This document shows, one piece after another, positions 62,207-64,000 of a DNA stretch of 64,000 bases. The stretch's first letter is position 1; each line of letters opens with the position of its first letter. The notes under the pieces were generated by a model that saw only the letters and a list, made by a program, of their open reading frames with translations, was not told the DNA's origin and did no database searches. Source of the stretch: a virus. Taxonomy: Duplodnaviria; Caudoviricetes. The DNA lies in IMG/VR virus record IMGVR_UViG_3300034062_006701. One strand, 5' to 3'. A program made the position numbers and the translations under genes.

Positions 62207-62420
62207 TTTTTGTACCTCCGAATTTGTTGTTTTTTGTTGAAGCTTGCTTTTGTGATACCTTAGGTACTGCATCGAGAACAATAAGCTTATTAAGCTTTGT
62301 TTCTTTTACTATTTCAGTCCATGTCTCGTCAGCAATATTTTTAGGACGGTTAGCGAGCTGAGACTTTACGTTGTAAAGTTTTGAGGCTCGAGTAAGTGAT
62401 TTATTAGGCCAGAAGTGCAT
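62193..62420 (-). CDS. Hypothetical protein
   Basis: Own promoter; overlaps the next start. Confidence 0.5.
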   Translation of the reverse strand: MHFWPNKSLTRASKLYNVKSQLANRPKNIADETWTEIVKETKLNKLIVLDAVPKVSQKQASTKNNKFGGTKNGDV

Positions 62421-62460
62421 AATGTATATATGATAGGGTATCTATAAAGGAAAGCAAGCT

Positions 62461-62649
62461 TTAAAAGAGTTTAGACATTATATCATCGAATGCTTCATCA
62501 ACGAGCTCTAAATCGACAGGTACAGACTCACCGTCTTCGTCAATATCTACAGCGTCCATACTAATAAGATCAATAATATCTTCTTTATTCTCTTCAAGAT
62601 ATTGATGGATAGCATCCAATGATATTTGTTTGAGTTTTGTTTTTGTCAT
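62461..62649 (-). CDS. Hypothetical acidic protein
   Basis: 62-aa ORF. Confidence 0.55.
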   Translation of the reverse strand: MTKTKLKQISLDAIHQYLEENKEDIIDLISMDAVDIDEDGESVPVDLELVDEAFDDIMSKLF

Positions 62650-62676
62650 ATAGTTATATATTCTAGCGTATGTAAA

Positions 62677-62946
62677 TTAATCAGAAAATGTTGTTTTACC
62701 TGTCCACCCTCTACCCCAGCTGTAATTAATCATGCACGTATTAAGATAATTAATCTTACTTGAAAGTGTTTGAGGTTGATCGATTTGCTCTACATACACA
62801 TAAGGTGTATGTGGTTGAATAGCTGTGGGTTCTTTAGGTAACTGCGAATCAATACTTGTTATTTTATCAGTAGGTGGAACTGTAATACATCCTGTTGATG
62901 TCAACCCTATAATGATTACAGCAACCGTATTAGTAATCGATGTCAT
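62677..62946 (-). CDS. Lipoprotein-like small protein
   Basis: Hydrophobic N-terminus ending LTSTGC (lipobox-like). Confidence 0.55.
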   Translation of the reverse strand: MTSITNTVAVIIIGLTSTGCITVPPTDKITSIDSQLPKEPTAIQPHTPYVYVEQIDQPQTLSSKINYLNTCMINYSWGRGWTGKTTFSD

Positions 62947-63253
62947 CTAATTCCTCTCCCTCTACATATTCATTGGAGCCTGTCATAACACCGCTTTTCC
63001 ACTGGCTGTCAGAGACAAGAGGACCGAGACAAAACTCCAAAACATCTTTAAGATCCTTACAGTTATCAGCTTCGTAAAAATCATTTCGCCCATTATTTGT
63101 TACATGTATAATATTAGCTCGGTCATGTACACCGTCATACTCTACTGTTACTGAGCCTCTACCGTGTACGGTATAATTATATACTTCAATTGCAGTACCG
63201 GTAATACTATTGTCTTTAATGAGATATTCAGTAAGATATTGATTTATTGTCAT
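62930..63253 (-). CDS. Hypothetical protein
   Basis: 107-aa ORF. Confidence 0.55.
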   Translation of the reverse strand: MTINQYLTEYLIKDNSITGTAIEVYNYTVHGRGSVTVEYDGVHDRANIIHVTNNGRNDFYEADNCKDLKDVLEFCLGPLVSDSQWKSGVMTGSNEYVEGEELDDIDY

Positions 63254-63335
63254 CTGTTTTATGAATTAGTTTTTATGTGTGTTTGTTGATTTGTACAAAA
63301 TATTATAGGGGGTAAGCGGTATAATCAAGCTCTTT

Positions 63336-63659
63336 TTATTGTCTTTTTAAAAAACTTTGATGTAATTCTGTGTACTTCACCTTTTTCGCTACTATGCAAA
63401 GTATTTCTGCAACATCGCTATTGGTAATAACTTTCATTATTTTGTTTTCTGTTTGTATCACTTTTGTTTCCGATAGTTCAGGATGTAGAGCATGTACACA
63501 CTCATGAATAATAGTTTGAATTAAGTCTTTCCGGAAGTCAAGCTCTATATGATCCTCTTTATATACGCCTGTTGTGCGACCAGGAATTTTTTTAAACTGA
63601 AAAAATTCCGGTGGCTTTGTTTTTATGAACGAAATAATAGTTTGAATTAAATGTTGCAT
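63336..63659 (-). CDS. Zincin-like HExxH protein
   Basis: TIIHECVHALHPE.SE. Confidence 0.65.
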   Translation of the reverse strand: MQHLIQTIISFIKTKPPEFFQFKKIPGRTTGVYKEDHIELDFRKDLIQTIIHECVHALHPELSETKVIQTENKIMKVITNSDVAEILCIVAKKVKYTELHQSFLKRQ

Positions 63660-63691
63660 ATACCTACTGATCTATTAATTACTTATACACT

Positions 63692-63892
63692 ATGAAGATT
63701 GTTATTGAAACCACACTAAAGAATGACACAAATAAAGAAAACGATGTTTTCTCAGCTATCCTTGATATGGATGAGCTCGCTACTATTGTAAAAAATCATG
63801 GACTTGATGGCGCTAACAAAGCCCTAGAGAGCTTTGTACAGAAGTACGTTCATCAATTCAAAGAGAAGTTCGGTACTTATGTAAATAAGTAG
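63692..63892 (+). CDS. Hypothetical protein
   Basis: 66-aa ORF. Confidence 0.5.
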   Translation: MKIVIETTLKNDTNKENDVFSAILDMDELATIVKNHGLDGANKALESFVQKYVHQFKEKFGTYVNK

Positions 63893-63934
63893 TCATTCTT
63901 CTTTAAAAGAATTACCAAATAACCTGTATTCTTT

Positions 63935-63942
63935 TATAAATA
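63935..63942 (+). promoter_or_regulatory. T4-type late promoter TATAAATA
   Basis: Perfect TATAAATA 6 nt before the ATG at 63949; (A/C/G)ATAAATA variants precede ATGs at 899, 2028, 3471, 7302, 15488, 31151, 32529. Confidence 0.75.
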
Positions 63943-63948
63943 CTCATA

Positions 63949-64000
63949 ATGGCTAACGTTAATGTTGTAAAACTTAAGGTCCGTAGAGGTACGGACGCGC
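63949..64000 (+). CDS. Start of a tail-fibre-like gene (3'-truncated)
   Basis: MANVNVVKLKVRRGTDA resembles the KILIRRGT N-terminus of 15488. Confidence 0.55.
   Translation, partial: MANVNVVKLKVRRGTDA

Larger units (their letters stand above)
36114..62460 (-). promoter_or_regulatory. Second family of about 20 sigma70 promoters with 6-12 nt to the ATG
   Basis: TTGACA/TTGAAG-cctcctcctaaagcata-like spacer-TAGAAT/TATAAT/TATAGT before ATGs near 36116, 36607, 38122, 42077, 42515, 43247, 43952, 45910, 50548, 51888, 54166, 54561, 55495, 57158, 57766, 59119, 59493, 59955, 61436, 62420. Confidence 0.8.

Noticed and set aside
1-64000. Alternative genetic code (stop-codon recoding)
   Set aside because: Core genes read full-length in the standard code, and TAA, TAG and TGA all act as stops.

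Overview
A 64-kb segment of a large, AT-rich T4-like myovirus. There is no bacterial housekeeping context, rRNA or CRISPR array. Layout: (1) 1-7.8 kb, head module (gp20 portal C-terminus, gp13-like neck, free-standing HNH, gp4, gp21, gp22, gp23). (2) 7.9-11.1 kb, a minus-strand 7-deazaguanine DNA-modification cluster (TGT-fold DpdA3-like, PurN-like formyltransferase, DUF1599-like protein, P-loop kinase, QueF). (3) 11.1-18.6 kb, gp5-like baseplate hub and tail fibre genes. (4) 18.6-21.9 kb, small late genes, a GGAAC palindrome cluster, tRNA-Tyr and an odd non-coding tract. (5) 22-28.9 kb, an array of tiny early genes, most with their own sigma70 promoter placing the start site at the ATG (leaderless; many proteins begin MKNK), plus tRNA-Met(CAT), an HNH and structured RNA candidates. 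(6) 28.9-33.3 kb, a largely non-coding region followed by late genes with shared N-terminal motifs resembling capsid-targeting sequences. (7) 33.6-63.9 kb, a long minus-strand accessory block, strongly CpG-depleted over about 35-61 kb. It carries TraR/DksA, CysC, a PhyH dioxygenase, three metallophosphoesterases, two YopX, a MbcA/ParS-type antitoxin domain, a Nampt-like plus Prs-like pair (NARP1 candidate) and a second HNH. All family calls come from motifs recognised by eye; no database search was run.
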